NCBI RefSeq assembly: GCF_000017305.1
Contig: NC_009664.2
Location: 4,710,001 to 4,742,000 of the forward strand
Origin: Kineococcus radiotolerans SRS30216 = ATCC BAA-149
Lineage (GTDB): Bacteria; Actinomycetota; Actinomycetes; Actinomycetales; Kineococcaceae
Direction of reading: 5' to 3'
DNA: 32,000 bases
Shown here: positions 1 to 7,792 of the stretch, one piece after another
Position numbering within the stretch: the stretch's first letter is position 1
Layout: the number at the start of each line of letters is the position of its first letter
Translations under genes and position numbers: made by a program
Notes under the pieces: model-generated
Databases searched by the model: none
What the model saw: only the letters and a program-made list of their open reading frames with translations
Told to the model about the DNA's origin: nothing

Positions 1-20
1 GGCGCTGGATGGGGTGAGGA

Positions 21-833
21 ATGAACCAGGACGACAGCTTCCAGCTGAGGGATCTGCTGGAGCAGGCCGGTGGCGCCGGGCTTTCGCAGGGTGAGGCCGA
101 GACCGTCTTCGCGCAGGCGTGGGCCCGGATCGAGGAGGGCATCGCTCGAGAGCCGGGCGACACGGCCGAGAAGTCGGCTTCTGCCCGGCGACTGGACGTC
201 CTGGCGCTGCAGCCGCAGCGTCGCCGCAGGAGGGCGCGGGCCATCGTCATCACGTCGGCGGTCCTGCTGGCCGGCGCGAGCAGCGCAGCGGCCGCGGAGT
301 ACATCGCCGCCCGCACCGGGCAGCACCTGAACGGCTGGGAGCTGGGCGCCGCGGGTCCGGGTGAGGTCCTCGACCAGGGCGGCAGCGACTACCGCCAGGT
401 CCTGGAGGACTCCGTTGCCGGCATCCCCTTCGCCCCCGGCTACGAGGCCCAGCGCGCTGACACCCTGACCCAGGGCATGCTCCAGGCAGAAGCGGGCTCT
501 CAGCTCACTGAGGGCGCGGCACGAGCGCAGTTTGCCCGCAACGCCTTGTGTACCTGGGCCGACGCCTGGGTCGTGGCCCAGGCCGCCGGGAACACCACCG
601 CACAGGCGCAGGCTGTCGCGACGCTGGCCGCGGCCCACGACTGGCCCGACGTCCAGGCCCTCGACGAGTACGGCCCCGCCACGAGCTTCGCGTGGCTCGC
701 ACCGCTGGAGAGCGCCGCCCGGGCGGGTGACCGCCAAGGCGTGCTGGACGCCGTCACCGACAGCAGCCGCTGCCGCCCCGACCTGGCTCCGGCCATCGCC
801 GCCGACCCCGCCTTCCAAGGCTTCAGCAGGTGA
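21..833 (+). CDS. Single-pass membrane protein, possible anti-sigma-type partner of the overlapping ECF sigma gene
   Basis: 270-aa ORF from ATG 21. Arg-rich QRRRRRAR is followed by one hydrophobic helix AIVITSAVLLAGASSAAAA. TGA 831-833 overlaps GTG 830 of the next ORF (GTGA coupling). Function is context inference only. Confidence 0.5.
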   Translation: MNQDDSFQLRDLLEQAGGAGLSQGEAETVFAQAWARIEEGIAREPGDTAEKSASARRLDVLALQPQRRRRRARAIVITSAVLLAGASSAAAAEYIAARTGQHLNGWELGAAGPGEVLDQGGSDYRQVLEDSVAGIPFAPGYEAQRADTLTQGMLQAEAGSQLTEGAARAQFARNALCTWADAWVVAQAAGNTTAQAQAVATLAAAHDWPDVQALDEYGPATSFAWLAPLESAARAGDRQGVLDAVTDSSRCRPDLAPAIAADPAFQGFSR

Positions 834-1375
834 GCTCCGTGCAGTCCGCCGCCACCGGTGAGGAGCTGGCGGCTTTCGAGCAGGTCTACCGCGACACCCG
901 CCAGGCGCTGCTGGCCTACCTGCACCGCCGCGCCCCCGCCGACGCCGCCGATCTGCTCGCCGAGGTCTACCTCGTGGCATGGCGGCGCCGTGACGTCCTC
1001 CCGGCCGGTGAGCAGCAGCGCCTGTGGCTGTACGGCATCGCCCGCCGCCTCCTGGCCGAGCACCACCGCACCCGGGCAGATCACGCTTCTCTCGACACCG
1101 TGGGTGAAGCCGTCTTAACCCCCTGGCGGGAGGGCCGCGACGGCGAGACGCCGAGGGCCGCGGCAGTGCGGCAGGTGCTGGCGGAGCTAAACGACACCGA
1201 CCGCGAACTGCTGACCCTGACCACCTGGGAGCACCTCAGCACCACCGACGCCGCCCACGTCGTTGGCATCACCGCCGGGTCGGCGCGTGTGCGCCTGCAC
1301 CGCGCCCGCCGCAAGCTCCGTGAGCATCCGAGCCTGCGCACCCTGCTCGACGAACCCTCACCCCATCTCGCCTGA
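830..1375 (+). CDS. ECF-type sigma-70 family RNA polymerase sigma factor
   Basis: 181-aa ORF with region-2-like DLLAEVYLVAWRRR and region-4 HTH LSTTDAAHVVGITAGSARVRLHRARRKL, the usual ECF sigma layout. Confidence 0.85.
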   Translation: MSSVQSAATGEELAAFEQVYRDTRQALLAYLHRRAPADAADLLAEVYLVAWRRRDVLPAGEQQRLWLYGIARRLLAEHHRTRADHASLDTVGEAVLTPWREGRDGETPRAAAVRQVLAELNDTDRELLTLTTWEHLSTTDAAHVVGITAGSARVRLHRARRKLREHPSLRTLLDEPSPHLA

Positions 1376-1410
1376 GCTCCGACGTCTACGCCGTGCACCA
1401 GTACGCGCTC

Positions 1411-1476
1411 CTCGCCAGAAGCGTGAAGTTGCCGGCCGCCGACGACCGTCCGCACCGCGGGATAACCGCGCAGTCG
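1411..1476 (+). repeat. Array repeat R1 (long form, degenerate core)
   Basis: ctcgccagaagcgtgaagttgccggccgcc...cgcaccgcGGGATAACCgcgcagtcg. The left arm is almost identical to that of R19. Confidence 0.7.
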
Positions 1477-1515
1477 AGCAAGCTGCGCCAGGGGCGTGGT
1501 GGCAGGCTTGGTGAC

Positions 1516-1809
1516 ATGGCACCCCTCGTCGAGACCAACGACGTCGTTGAGGCGTTGGAGTTGTACGACGGTGACGTGATCAAGCACCCCGTCACTGGGG
1601 CGGTCATGACGATTACCGCCCACATGCACCTGAACCCCCACTACCTCGACCTCATCCCGGGCATCGTCCGGTTCGACGTCTACAGCGGTCTCAACGTGGA
1701 GGGCCCGCTGGAGTGGGAGGGGCCCGAGGAGCAGTTGGTCATCGGTCCTGGCATGCGCATCCGCCGGCTGTACCAGTACACGCTGCCGCCGGGAACCCGC
1801 ATCAAGTGA
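1516..1809 (+). CDS. Hypothetical small protein
   Basis: 97 codons from ATG 1516. The six-frame ORF opens at 1393, but its first codons are repeat copy R1, so the internal ATG is preferred. No motif recognised. Confidence 0.45.
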   Translation: MAPLVETNDVVEALELYDGDVIKHPVTGAVMTITAHMHLNPHYLDLIPGIVRFDVYSGLNVEGPLEWEGPEEQLVIGPGMRIRRLYQYTLPPGTRIK

Positions 1810-1890
1810 CGCCTCACGTGGTGCAGGACCGGATGATCACACGACAGCGTCCGCTCGTGAACTGCGCCCGTCCGCTCGTCGGCGGCAGGT

Positions 1891-1970
1891 GCGGACGTCA
1901 CCGGATGTCCATGATCGTGCACCGCGGGATGACCGTGCACTTCGCGCGCACCGCGGGATGACCGTGCGTT
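1891..1970 (+). repeat. Array repeat R2 (degenerate left arm + two cores)
   Basis: GCACCGCGGGATGACCGTGC occurs at 1919-1938 and again at 1948-1967 (29-bp period). Confidence 0.85.
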
Positions 1971-2047
1971 CTGATTGAGGTGTCACAGAGAAGCGCCCGC
2001 CGGTTGAGGCGGAGGTCTTGAACCTGCAGCGCGGGTGGGGAGACGCT

Positions 2048-2437
2048 TTAGATCGCGGTGAGGAGGGTGAAGGCTCCCACCGCGGCGAGGAGGAGGATGG
2101 CCATGCCCACGACGAGGAGACTGCCCAGCAGGAGGCGCTCACGCCGGGACTCCTTGACCTCCTGCACCGGCTCAGGAGCCGGCAGCGGCTGCTGCAGCCA
2201 CTGAGCGGCATGGTCCTGGCTGCAGAAGATGCCGCCAAGGTAGTCGGTGAACGAGTGCTCTTCCCCGTCTGTTGCTGGTGTTGGTCGCGACACCTCGATA
2301 CCTAGCCAGGCCGTCTCTGAGACGGGTTGACCGCAGAGATCGCAGAGCGCCTGCTCATCGACAGGTGGCGAGGACTCTGGATGGTGCATGGCCATCGACG
2401 CTACCTGAGCTGCTCGAGGCGGGCTCTCAGTGGACAT
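2048..2437 (-). CDS. Hypothetical tail-anchored membrane protein with Cys/His pairs
   Basis: 129-aa ORF from ATG 2437. C-terminal hydrophobic helix LLLGSLLVVGMAILLLAAVGAFTLLTAI. CDLCG ... CSQDH suggests a small zinc-binding module. No family recognised. Confidence 0.55.
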   Translation of the reverse strand: MSTESPPRAAQVASMAMHHPESSPPVDEQALCDLCGQPVSETAWLGIEVSRPTPATDGEEHSFTDYLGGIFCSQDHAAQWLQQPLPAPEPVQEVKESRRERLLLGSLLVVGMAILLLAAVGAFTLLTAI

Positions 2438-2465
2438 CGGTTGCCATCCAGCGATGGCGCCTTTG

Positions 2466-2514
2466 CCGGCTGCGGGATGACCTTGAAGTCACGCACACCG
2501 CGGGATGACCGTGA
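2466..2514 (+). repeat. Array repeat R3, left part (two cores; second core cut by IS3 element)
   Basis: GGGATGACC at 2474 and 2502 (28-bp period). The second copy ends ...GACCGTGA at the IS boundary. Confidence 0.85.
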
Positions 2515-2556
2515 GGGTCTGCCCCTACTTCAGTTGACCCTCGTCAGTAGGGGCGG

Positions 2557-3429
2557 TCAGGCCGCGTGAGCGGCTTGCAGGAGTGTCTCGTACTCGATGG
2601 GTGTCAGTCGACCCAGCGCTTGCTGACGACGGCGGCGGTGATAGGTCCCCTCGATCCACGAGACGATGGCCAGGCGCAGCTCCTCCCGACTGGCCCAGCG
2701 CCGGCGGTTGAGGACGTTCTTCTGCAGCAGGCTGAAGAACGACTCCATGGCGGCGTTGTCCGCGCAGGTCCCGACCCGACCCATCGACCCACGCGCTTGC
2801 CCTGCCGAAAGAGCGCGAAGGTAGCGGTGGGAACGAAATTGGGCTCCGCGGTCCGAGTGGACCACGAGCTCAAGGACATCGGTCCCACCGCGCAGTGCCA
2901 GCGCGTTCGACAGGGCTTGGACGGCGAGGTCGGCAGTCATGCGGGCATCGATGGAGTAGCCGACGATGCGGTTGGAGCAGGCGTCCTTGACCGCGCAGAG
3001 GTAGAGCTTGCCTTCGGCGATGGGATGTTCGGTGATGTCGGTTAGCCAGAGGGCGTTCGGCTTCTCAGCGGTGAACTTACGGCGGACGAGGTCGTCGTGC
3101 ACGGGTGGTCCCGGCCGGCGCCCGGCGCCGCGTCTGCGGGCGTGGGCTGAGAACAGCTTCTGCAGGCTGCACAAGCGCTGGACGCGGTTGCGCGAGGTCC
3201 TGACGCCCTGCTGCTGCAGCTCGTCGGCGATGAAGCGGTAGCCGAACTCGGGGTCGTCGTGGTGGATGTCGACGGCGGCGTTGAGGAGGTGAGCGTCGTT
3301 CCAGTCCCGGTCGGTGACCGGAGCGGCGCGCCACTTGAAGTAAGCCTGCTTGGAGAAGCCCAGCACCCGACAGGTCACCGCGACGGGGATCCCGTCGCCG
3401 GCAAGGTCACGGACCAGCGGGTAGATCAT
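2557..3429 (-). CDS. IS3-family transposase OrfB (DDE / rve integrase core)
   Basis: 290 aa. Motifs LWLTDITE, VVHSDRGAQFRS and CADNAAMESFFSLLQ match the D, D, E regions of rve-domain IS3 transposases. It lies in the -1 frame relative to orfA, and its ATG overlaps the orfA stop. Confidence 0.9.
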   Translation of the reverse strand: MIYPLVRDLAGDGIPVAVTCRVLGFSKQAYFKWRAAPVTDRDWNDAHLLNAAVDIHHDDPEFGYRFIADELQQQGVRTSRNRVQRLCSLQKLFSAHARRRGAGRRPGPPVHDDLVRRKFTAEKPNALWLTDITEHPIAEGKLYLCAVKDACSNRIVGYSIDARMTADLAVQALSNALALRGGTDVLELVVHSDRGAQFRSHRYLRALSAGQARGSMGRVGTCADNAAMESFFSLLQKNVLNRRRWASREELRLAIVSWIEGTYHRRRRQQALGRLTPIEYETLLQAAHAA

Positions 3430-3734
3430 TTTGGCAACGTGTCACGGGCGAAGTACGCCGTCGCCCGCCGCAGGATCTCGTTCTCCTGCTCCAGCTGCTT
3501 GGCCCGCTTACGCAGCTCCCGGTTCTCCGCCTCGAGGTCCACGCCCACGGCAGGCGTGCTGTTGGACGCCGTCTTGCCGTCCTCGCGGTCAGCGATCCTC
3601 AGCCAGCGACCCAGGCAGGACTCGGAGATCCCGAAGCTGCTAGCGATCTTCGCTCGGGTCTGCCCGCCTTGGCGGGCGACGGCGATCACGTCGCGGCGGA
3701 ACTCGTCGGGGTAGCGCTTGTGCACGGTGCTCAT
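3426..3734 (-). CDS. IS3-family transposase OrfA (HTH)
   Basis: MSTVHKRYPDEFRRDVIAVARQGGQTRAKIASSFGISESCLGRWLR is a typical IS3/IS911 OrfA HTH N-terminus, with a coiled-coil-like C-terminus (ELRKRAKQLEQENEILRRA). The ORF stays open up to GTG 3761. Confidence 0.8.
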   Translation of the reverse strand: MSTVHKRYPDEFRRDVIAVARQGGQTRAKIASSFGISESCLGRWLRIADREDGKTASNSTPAVGVDLEAENRELRKRAKQLEQENEILRRATAYFARDTLPK

Positions 3735-3793
3735 CCTTCCAGCGAGGACCATGATCCTCACAGGTCGGAGTCAACCAAAGCGGGGGCAGACCC

Positions 3794-3805
3794 TGAAGTC
3801 GCTGG
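3794..3805 (+). repeat. Array repeat R3, right fragment after the IS
   Basis: TGAAGTCGCTGG. Joined to 2502-2511, it restores the consensus GGGATGACCGTGAAGTCG. Confidence 0.7.
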
Positions 3806-3842
3806 CGGTGGGTGAGGCTCGAATCGACATGCGATGGACACC

Positions 3843-4274
3843 TCAGTCGCTCCCGGCAGGGCTGGTCGAGGTAGATCGCAGGTGGATGAGTCCGGCTTCG
3901 GTGTGGGTGAAGCCGCAGGCGTCGAAGTAGAAGGGCGCCAGCTCGGGGCCGAAGTCGACGAACAGCCACTCACAACCGGCCGCGGCGGCGTTGAGCACCG
4001 CGACCCGCACCAGCTCCCGGCCGATGCCTCGGCGTTGGTGGCTGCCTCGGGTCTTGGTGTCGATGAGGAAGGCGTGATCCCCGCCGTCCCAGGCGACGTT
4101 GACGAAACCGACGAGCAGTCCGTCATGGTCGCGGGCGCTGCCCCAGCCCAGGCTGTGGTTACGGATCTGCGGCCACCACCCGGTGCTCGGGCGGCCTCCG
4201 TGGGAGAGGACCAGGTCCACCATCTCCTCGTCGGCGATGGGGGCTTTCCAGGAGTAGTCGATCCCGTTCGTCAT
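3843..4274 (-). CDS. GNAT-family N-acetyltransferase
   Basis: 143 codons from ATG 4274 (ORF open to TTG 4283). Acetyl-CoA binding motif HQRRGIGRELV (Q/R-x-x-G-x-G/A) and a beta-strand pattern typical of the GNAT fold. Confidence 0.8.
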   Translation of the reverse strand: MTNGIDYSWKAPIADEEMVDLVLSHGGRPSTGWWPQIRNHSLGWGSARDHDGLLVGFVNVAWDGGDHAFLIDTKTRGSHQRRGIGRELVRVAVLNAAAAGCEWLFVDFGPELAPFYFDACGFTHTEAGLIHLRSTSTSPAGSD

Positions 4275-4356
4275 GCAGGTCAACGTCGTGCATCAAGACG
4301 GGGGGGCCACTGCTTTGTCGGGGATCGCAGCTACCGGATGTGGTGATCTTGAGACC

Positions 4357-4423
4357 ATCGTCAAGACCGCGACGTCGCCGGCCGCCAGCGACAGCGCGCA
4401 CAACGCGGGATGACCGTGACGTC
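4357..4423 (+). repeat. Array repeat R4 (long form)
   Basis: atcgtcaagaccgcgacgtcgccggccgccagcgacagcgcgcacaacgcGGGATGACCgtgacgtc. It differs from R25 at only 3 positions/indels. Confidence 0.9.
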
Positions 4424-4488
4424 TCCCGTGTCCTCTCCTGGCTTTCCGAACTCCGCCCTCGGGAGCCTGCCAGTGCTTCACTGGTGGT

Positions 4489-4986
4489 GTGGCTACCGTG
4501 CGATCTGGCTGTCTGGCTCTCATGGCCGCTGTGGGGCTTTGGGCGGCTTCGGGTTGTTCCGACGATGCGCCGGCACCGACTGCGTCGTCGGCACCGACCA
4601 GCACAAGCCCGGCAGCGACGACTCCAGAGCAAAGCGCCACCGTCGAGACCCCCGCTTCTGAGGGAGCTCCGGCGGCGTTCCGGGAACGCTTTGCCCTCCC
4701 ACAGTGCGCCCCGATCACCGTCGACCAGGGGCGGGTCGATCCGGCGGCTCTGCAGGACTGCCTGCTCAGCTCCGACGCGCAGCGCGAGGGGGCTGAGGTC
4801 CTCGTGACGTCTAACACCGTGGAAGGGGACCCGATCAAGACGTACTACCGGGCGTTACCCGGTGAGGGCTTGGAGGTCTTTACCGACGCCACCGCGGACT
4901 CCTTCGGGTCGGAGGGATGGCGCCACGTGCGCTGTGTCGATGTCGCTGCTGCGGTGGAGAACCTGGACAGCTGCCAGGAGGCATGA
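4489..4986 (+). CDS. Putative lipoprotein
   Basis: 165-aa ORF from GTG 4489. Signal peptide with lipobox LWAASG/C (Cys23), followed by a Pro/Ala/Ser/Thr-rich linker. Confidence 0.6.
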   Translation: MATVRSGCLALMAAVGLWAASGCSDDAPAPTASSAPTSTSPAATTPEQSATVETPASEGAPAAFRERFALPQCAPITVDQGRVDPAALQDCLLSSDAQREGAEVLVTSNTVEGDPIKTYYRALPGEGLEVFTDATADSFGSEGWRHVRCVDVAAAVENLDSCQEA

Positions 4987-5000
4987 CCAGGGTCCACGAC

Positions 5001-5067
5001 ATCGGCACGACCGCGAGGTCCAGCCGGCTGTGGCCGCGCCCGTATCGCGGGATGACCGCGAACACGG
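5001..5067 (+). repeat. Array repeat R5 (long form)
   Basis: atcggcacgaccgcgaggtcc...cgtatcgcGGGATGACCgcgaacacgg, followed immediately by ATG 5068. Confidence 0.8.
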
Positions 5068-5733
5068 ATGGCGTTGTCCAGCGCTTACCCCGACGGCGAG
5101 ACTGCAAGGATGGCTCTCCCTGTGAGCGTGGCCGCCGCCTTGGCTGCGCTCGTTCCCCACGACGCGCTGAGCAACGCCTTCGGTGGACGCAGCCGGGACC
5201 CGGGCAGCTTGTCCTGGCGCCATGAGCTCATCGACGAACCGGAGGCGGCGAGGCTGCTGGGGGCTGCGGTGCCCGTCCTGCCCGCTCTCCGGGCGCCCGA
5301 GGTGGTGGAACGTGTCTCCGTCCACCGGGGCCTGCGCAGTGAGTCGCTGGAGTCTCAGCTCGCCGCGGGGTTCCTGCTGCTGCACCTGCGCGTCACCTAC
5401 CTGCCTGTGGACCAAGCTTGGGAGCAGGCGTTGACGTGGCCGGTCCTGCGCCGGGGTGGCTCGGTCCTGGACGTGCGGGAGCAGGACCCTGATCCGCAGC
5501 GGCGCCGGCCCTGGCCGCAGCGGGTGGCCAGCAGCCGCGACGCCGGCAGTGGGGACTACGCCGTGGTCACCGTGGAGGGGGTGGAGGTGGGGGTGCAGGT
5601 CGACACCTCTGGTGTGGTGCACCTGACGTGGCGGGTCTCGCGTGGGAGTCGGGTGCTGCTGGTGGGGTTGTTGACGCGTCGGGGTCCGCGGGCTGCGGTG
5701 GAGCTGGTCGCTGAGGGTGGATTGCTGACCTGA
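5068..5733 (+). CDS. Hypothetical protein
   Basis: 221-aa ORF. ATG 5068 directly follows repeat R5. The C-terminal block VTVEGVEVGVQVDTSGVVHLTW resembles the next ORF. Confidence 0.55.
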   Translation: MALSSAYPDGETARMALPVSVAAALAALVPHDALSNAFGGRSRDPGSLSWRHELIDEPEAARLLGAAVPVLPALRAPEVVERVSVHRGLRSESLESQLAAGFLLLHLRVTYLPVDQAWEQALTWPVLRRGGSVLDVREQDPDPQRRRPWPQRVASSRDAGSGDYAVVTVEGVEVGVQVDTSGVVHLTWRVSRGSRVLLVGLLTRRGPRAAVELVAEGGLLT

Positions 5734-5736
5734 TGG

Positions 5737-5787
5737 CTGCGGGGTGATCGAGACCCGCCCGGACTGCGGGATGACCGTGACGTCGCC
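5737..5787 (+). repeat. Array repeat R6 (degenerate core + core)
   Basis: gctgcggggtgatcgagacc, then ctgcGGGATGACCgtgacgtcgcc (core at 5768). Confidence 0.8.
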
Positions 5788-5799
5788 TCAGCAGGCACA

Positions 5800-6435
5800 G
5801 TGGTGACCGTGAGCGAATCGGTAGGGGTGGATTTCGGGCCACTGGACGCGCTGCCGTTGCCGCCGGGGCTGCAGGTGCTGCTGCGGTCCTTCCGGCCCGG
5901 CCACCCGCACACCCCGTCCCCGCCCGGCTCGCTGGCCCAGCTGTACCACCGTCATGACCGCGGACGAGCGGAGCAGACCTTGGGGTTCCCGCTGCCGAGG
6001 CTGTCAGCGTTGCTCGATGCCGGGCAGGTGGAGCTGGTGGCCACCGCGGGTGTCGCAGAGGTGGTCGCACCCGGGCAGAGGGGCGGGAGTGGTCCGGTGA
6101 CGGTGCTGTACCTGCCGGACGAGGACGTCCTGCAGTCGTCGCTCAGGGAAGCAGAGGGGCGTGGGTTGAGCACGGTCGAGGTGGACTACGGGGTGTCCTG
6201 GCCGTCGACGCCGCCGGAGACGCTGCGTTCACTGGGCAGCGGAGACGCCACGATGATCGATGTGCGCGGGCAGCACGTGGGGGTCCAGCACACGCGAACG
6301 GGACAGACCCGCCTGGCCTGGCAGCAACGTCTGGCTGAGGTGGAGTGCAACATCGCGGTGTACCTGCCTCATCCACCCCTGCAGGCGGTTGAACTCCTGG
6401 TGCGGTGCGATGTCCCGAGCGTGTCACGCCCTTGA
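5800..6435 (+). CDS. Hypothetical protein, distant paralogue of 5068..5733
   Basis: 211-aa ORF from GTG 5800. The C-terminal block IDVRGQHVGVQHTRTGQTRLAW and AVELLV echo the previous ORF. Its stop, TGA 6433-6435, lies at the edge of repeat R7. Confidence 0.55.
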   Translation: MVTVSESVGVDFGPLDALPLPPGLQVLLRSFRPGHPHTPSPPGSLAQLYHRHDRGRAEQTLGFPLPRLSALLDAGQVELVATAGVAEVVAPGQRGGSGPVTVLYLPDEDVLQSSLREAEGRGLSTVEVDYGVSWPSTPPETLRSLGSGDATMIDVRGQHVGVQHTRTGQTRLAWQQRLAEVECNIAVYLPHPPLQAVELLVRCDVPSVSRP

Positions 6436-6470
6436 CAGCGCACGCACCTCGCGGGATGACCGGTAGGTCG
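6434..6470 (+). repeat. Array repeat R7 (medium form)
   Basis: gacagcgcacgcacctcgcGGGATGACCggtaggtcg. Confidence 0.8.
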
Positions 6471-6475
6471 TCGTC

Positions 6476-6805
6476 GTGGGGTTGTCGGCGGCACTCTCGG
6501 AGTGGCTAGGGGAAAGATCAGGGACCTTCCTGATGCCTGCCGACCCGCGCTCTGGGCATCCTCATCGCACATCGCGACGGAGGAGGACGAGGTTGAACGC
6601 TGACAGCTTGTCTCGGGAGCATCTGGGGTCTCGCGTACGGATCACCCGGCAGTACGGGTATGGGCCGCACAGTGTGCTCGGGGAGTTGAAGCGCATCGCC
6701 CACGGCCAGGAGACGACCGGGCTGGACTTGAACGTCTTGGGCGAGGACCTGCACGTCGAGGTGGAGGCTGATGATGAGGTGGAGGTCTTGACGTCAGGCG
6801 GCTGA
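6476..6805 (+). CDS. Small hypothetical acidic protein (start uncertain)
   Basis: 109-aa ORF from GTG 6476. A shorter start, TTG 6593, is preceded by GGAGGAGGA (6579-6587) at 5-nt spacing. No family recognised. Confidence 0.4.
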   Translation: MGLSAALSEWLGERSGTFLMPADPRSGHPHRTSRRRRTRLNADSLSREHLGSRVRITRQYGYGPHSVLGELKRIAHGQETTGLDLNVLGEDLHVEVEADDEVEVLTSGG

Positions 6806-6842
6806 TCGCCGTCGGTGCCGGGGTCACCACCGTGGCCCCGGC

Positions 6843-6918
6843 GTCGATGACGGCCGCCTGCCCGCGACGTCGCTGGCCGTCCGCGACCGCCCAGATCGCG
6901 GGATGACCGTGACGTCGC
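6843..6918 (+). repeat. Array repeat R8 (long form)
   Basis: ...cccgcgacgtcgctggccgtccgcgaccgcccagatcgcGGGATGACCgtgacgtcgc. Confidence 0.8.
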
Positions 6919-7096
6919 ATGTGGCGCGGCCTGATCACGAGCTGGTGGACTCATTCACAGCAGTGCGGGACCGGCCAGCACCGACGACGCCGGCCGCGCC
7001 TCTACCAAGCAGCGAGTCGGGCAGCGCGTGGTACCGGCGTTCTCAAGCCAAGCACCGCAGGTAGGTGTGAGGCATGGAAAGACCTGAGGCCCTACC

Positions 7097-7792
7097 TCAC
7101 ATGATCCAGATGTCCTGTCCGGGGGTGGCTCCGCACTCCGTCAGTGCCTGGGCTGCTTCCTCCGACAGGTCGGCGGTCTCCGTCGTGGAGTTGCCGCCAC
7201 CGATCTTCATCTCATCGCCCAACCGGGTGGTGCTGCCGTCAGGGAGGGTGAGCGTGGACGTGGCGGCGTCCCACGTCGTCCCCGCGGACCAGATCACCAG
7301 GATGTCGCGCACGCCGATGCAGGAGCCGACCCGCGACAGCGGGCCCTGTAGCGCGGCGGCCATGTGGCCGCGCTCGTCGTGGGAGGCGACGACGATCTCG
7401 CCCTGCCGGGATGCGTCGAAGGGCTGCCGCGCGGCGTCAGGGTCGGCGTCGGTAGCGATGGCGGTGGTGGTGTCGCTGGGTGCGGTGGCCGGCACCACCC
7501 GGACGCTGGAGCCGCCTCCGTTCAGGTGCGCCCAGCCCACCCCGGCCGCTACGACCGCGCAGGCTGCGGCAGCGCTGGTGAGGCCGACCCTGAGACGGCG
7601 GTGGTGGCGCTGGCGCTGTTCGTCGGTGCTCAGGCGCTGCTGCAGACGGGCCCAGTCCTCAGCGCCGGCTACCCGGCGGCTGGCGGTGGCGGCAGCGGCC
7701 CGGGAGGCGTCCAACTGCGCCTGCAGGTGCGCAGCGCGCTCATCACGCTCGTGGGTGTCATGGGCGTCGTGGCGGTGGTCGGGGGCGCTCAT
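7097..7792 (-). CDS. Membrane protein, putative anti-sigma factor
   Basis: 231-aa ORF. Its start overlaps the stop of the upstream ECF sigma gene by 4 nt. One TM helix LTSAAAACAVVAAGVGWA separates an N-terminal cytoplasmic part from an extracytoplasmic C-terminal part. Confidence 0.6.
   Translation of the reverse strand: MSAPDHRHDAHDTHERDERAAHLQAQLDASRAAAATASRRVAGAEDWARLQQRLSTDEQRQRHHRRLRVGLTSAAAACAVVAAGVGWAHLNGGGSSVRVVPATAPSDTTTAIATDADPDAARQPFDASRQGEIVVASHDERGHMAAALQGPLSRVGSCIGVRDILVIWSAGTTWDAATSTLTLPDGSTTRLGDEMKIGGGNSTTETADLSEEAAQALTECGATPGQDIWIM

Larger units (their letters stand above)
2515..3793 (-). mobile_element. IS3-family insertion sequence (1279 bp) inserted inside a repeat copy
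   Basis: Imperfect terminal inverted repeats start with GGGTCTGCCCC (2515-2552 versus the reverse complement of 3756-3793; first 11 nt identical, about 20/26 overall). A 3-bp direct repeat TGA flanks the element at 2512-2514 and 3794-3796. Two ORFs sit in a 0/-1 frame relationship with ATGA overlap. Confidence 0.85.

Noticed and set aside
1-20. GCGCTGGATGGGGTGAGGAATG at the window edge as a degenerate repeat copy (R0) upstream of the first gene.
   Set aside because: It matches the core at only about 14/19 positions and is truncated by the window edge. That is too weak to call.
1919-1967. Closely spaced repeat copies (26-29-bp period here and at 10412, 11911 and 12611) looked superficially CRISPR-like.
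   Set aside because: There are only 2-3 units per locus. The spacers are 14-19-nt conserved palindromic linkers, not unique sequences. The loci are separated by whole genes, and no cas genes are present.
4398-4423. The repeat read as an ECF-sigma promoter (ACAAC as -35, CGTC as -10), given the three ECF sigma genes in the window.
   Set aside because: The spacing is about 15 nt rather than 16-17. Many copies have CACC instead of CAAC and GAAGTCG instead of GACGTC. All copies point the same way while half of the adjacent genes are on the other strand.
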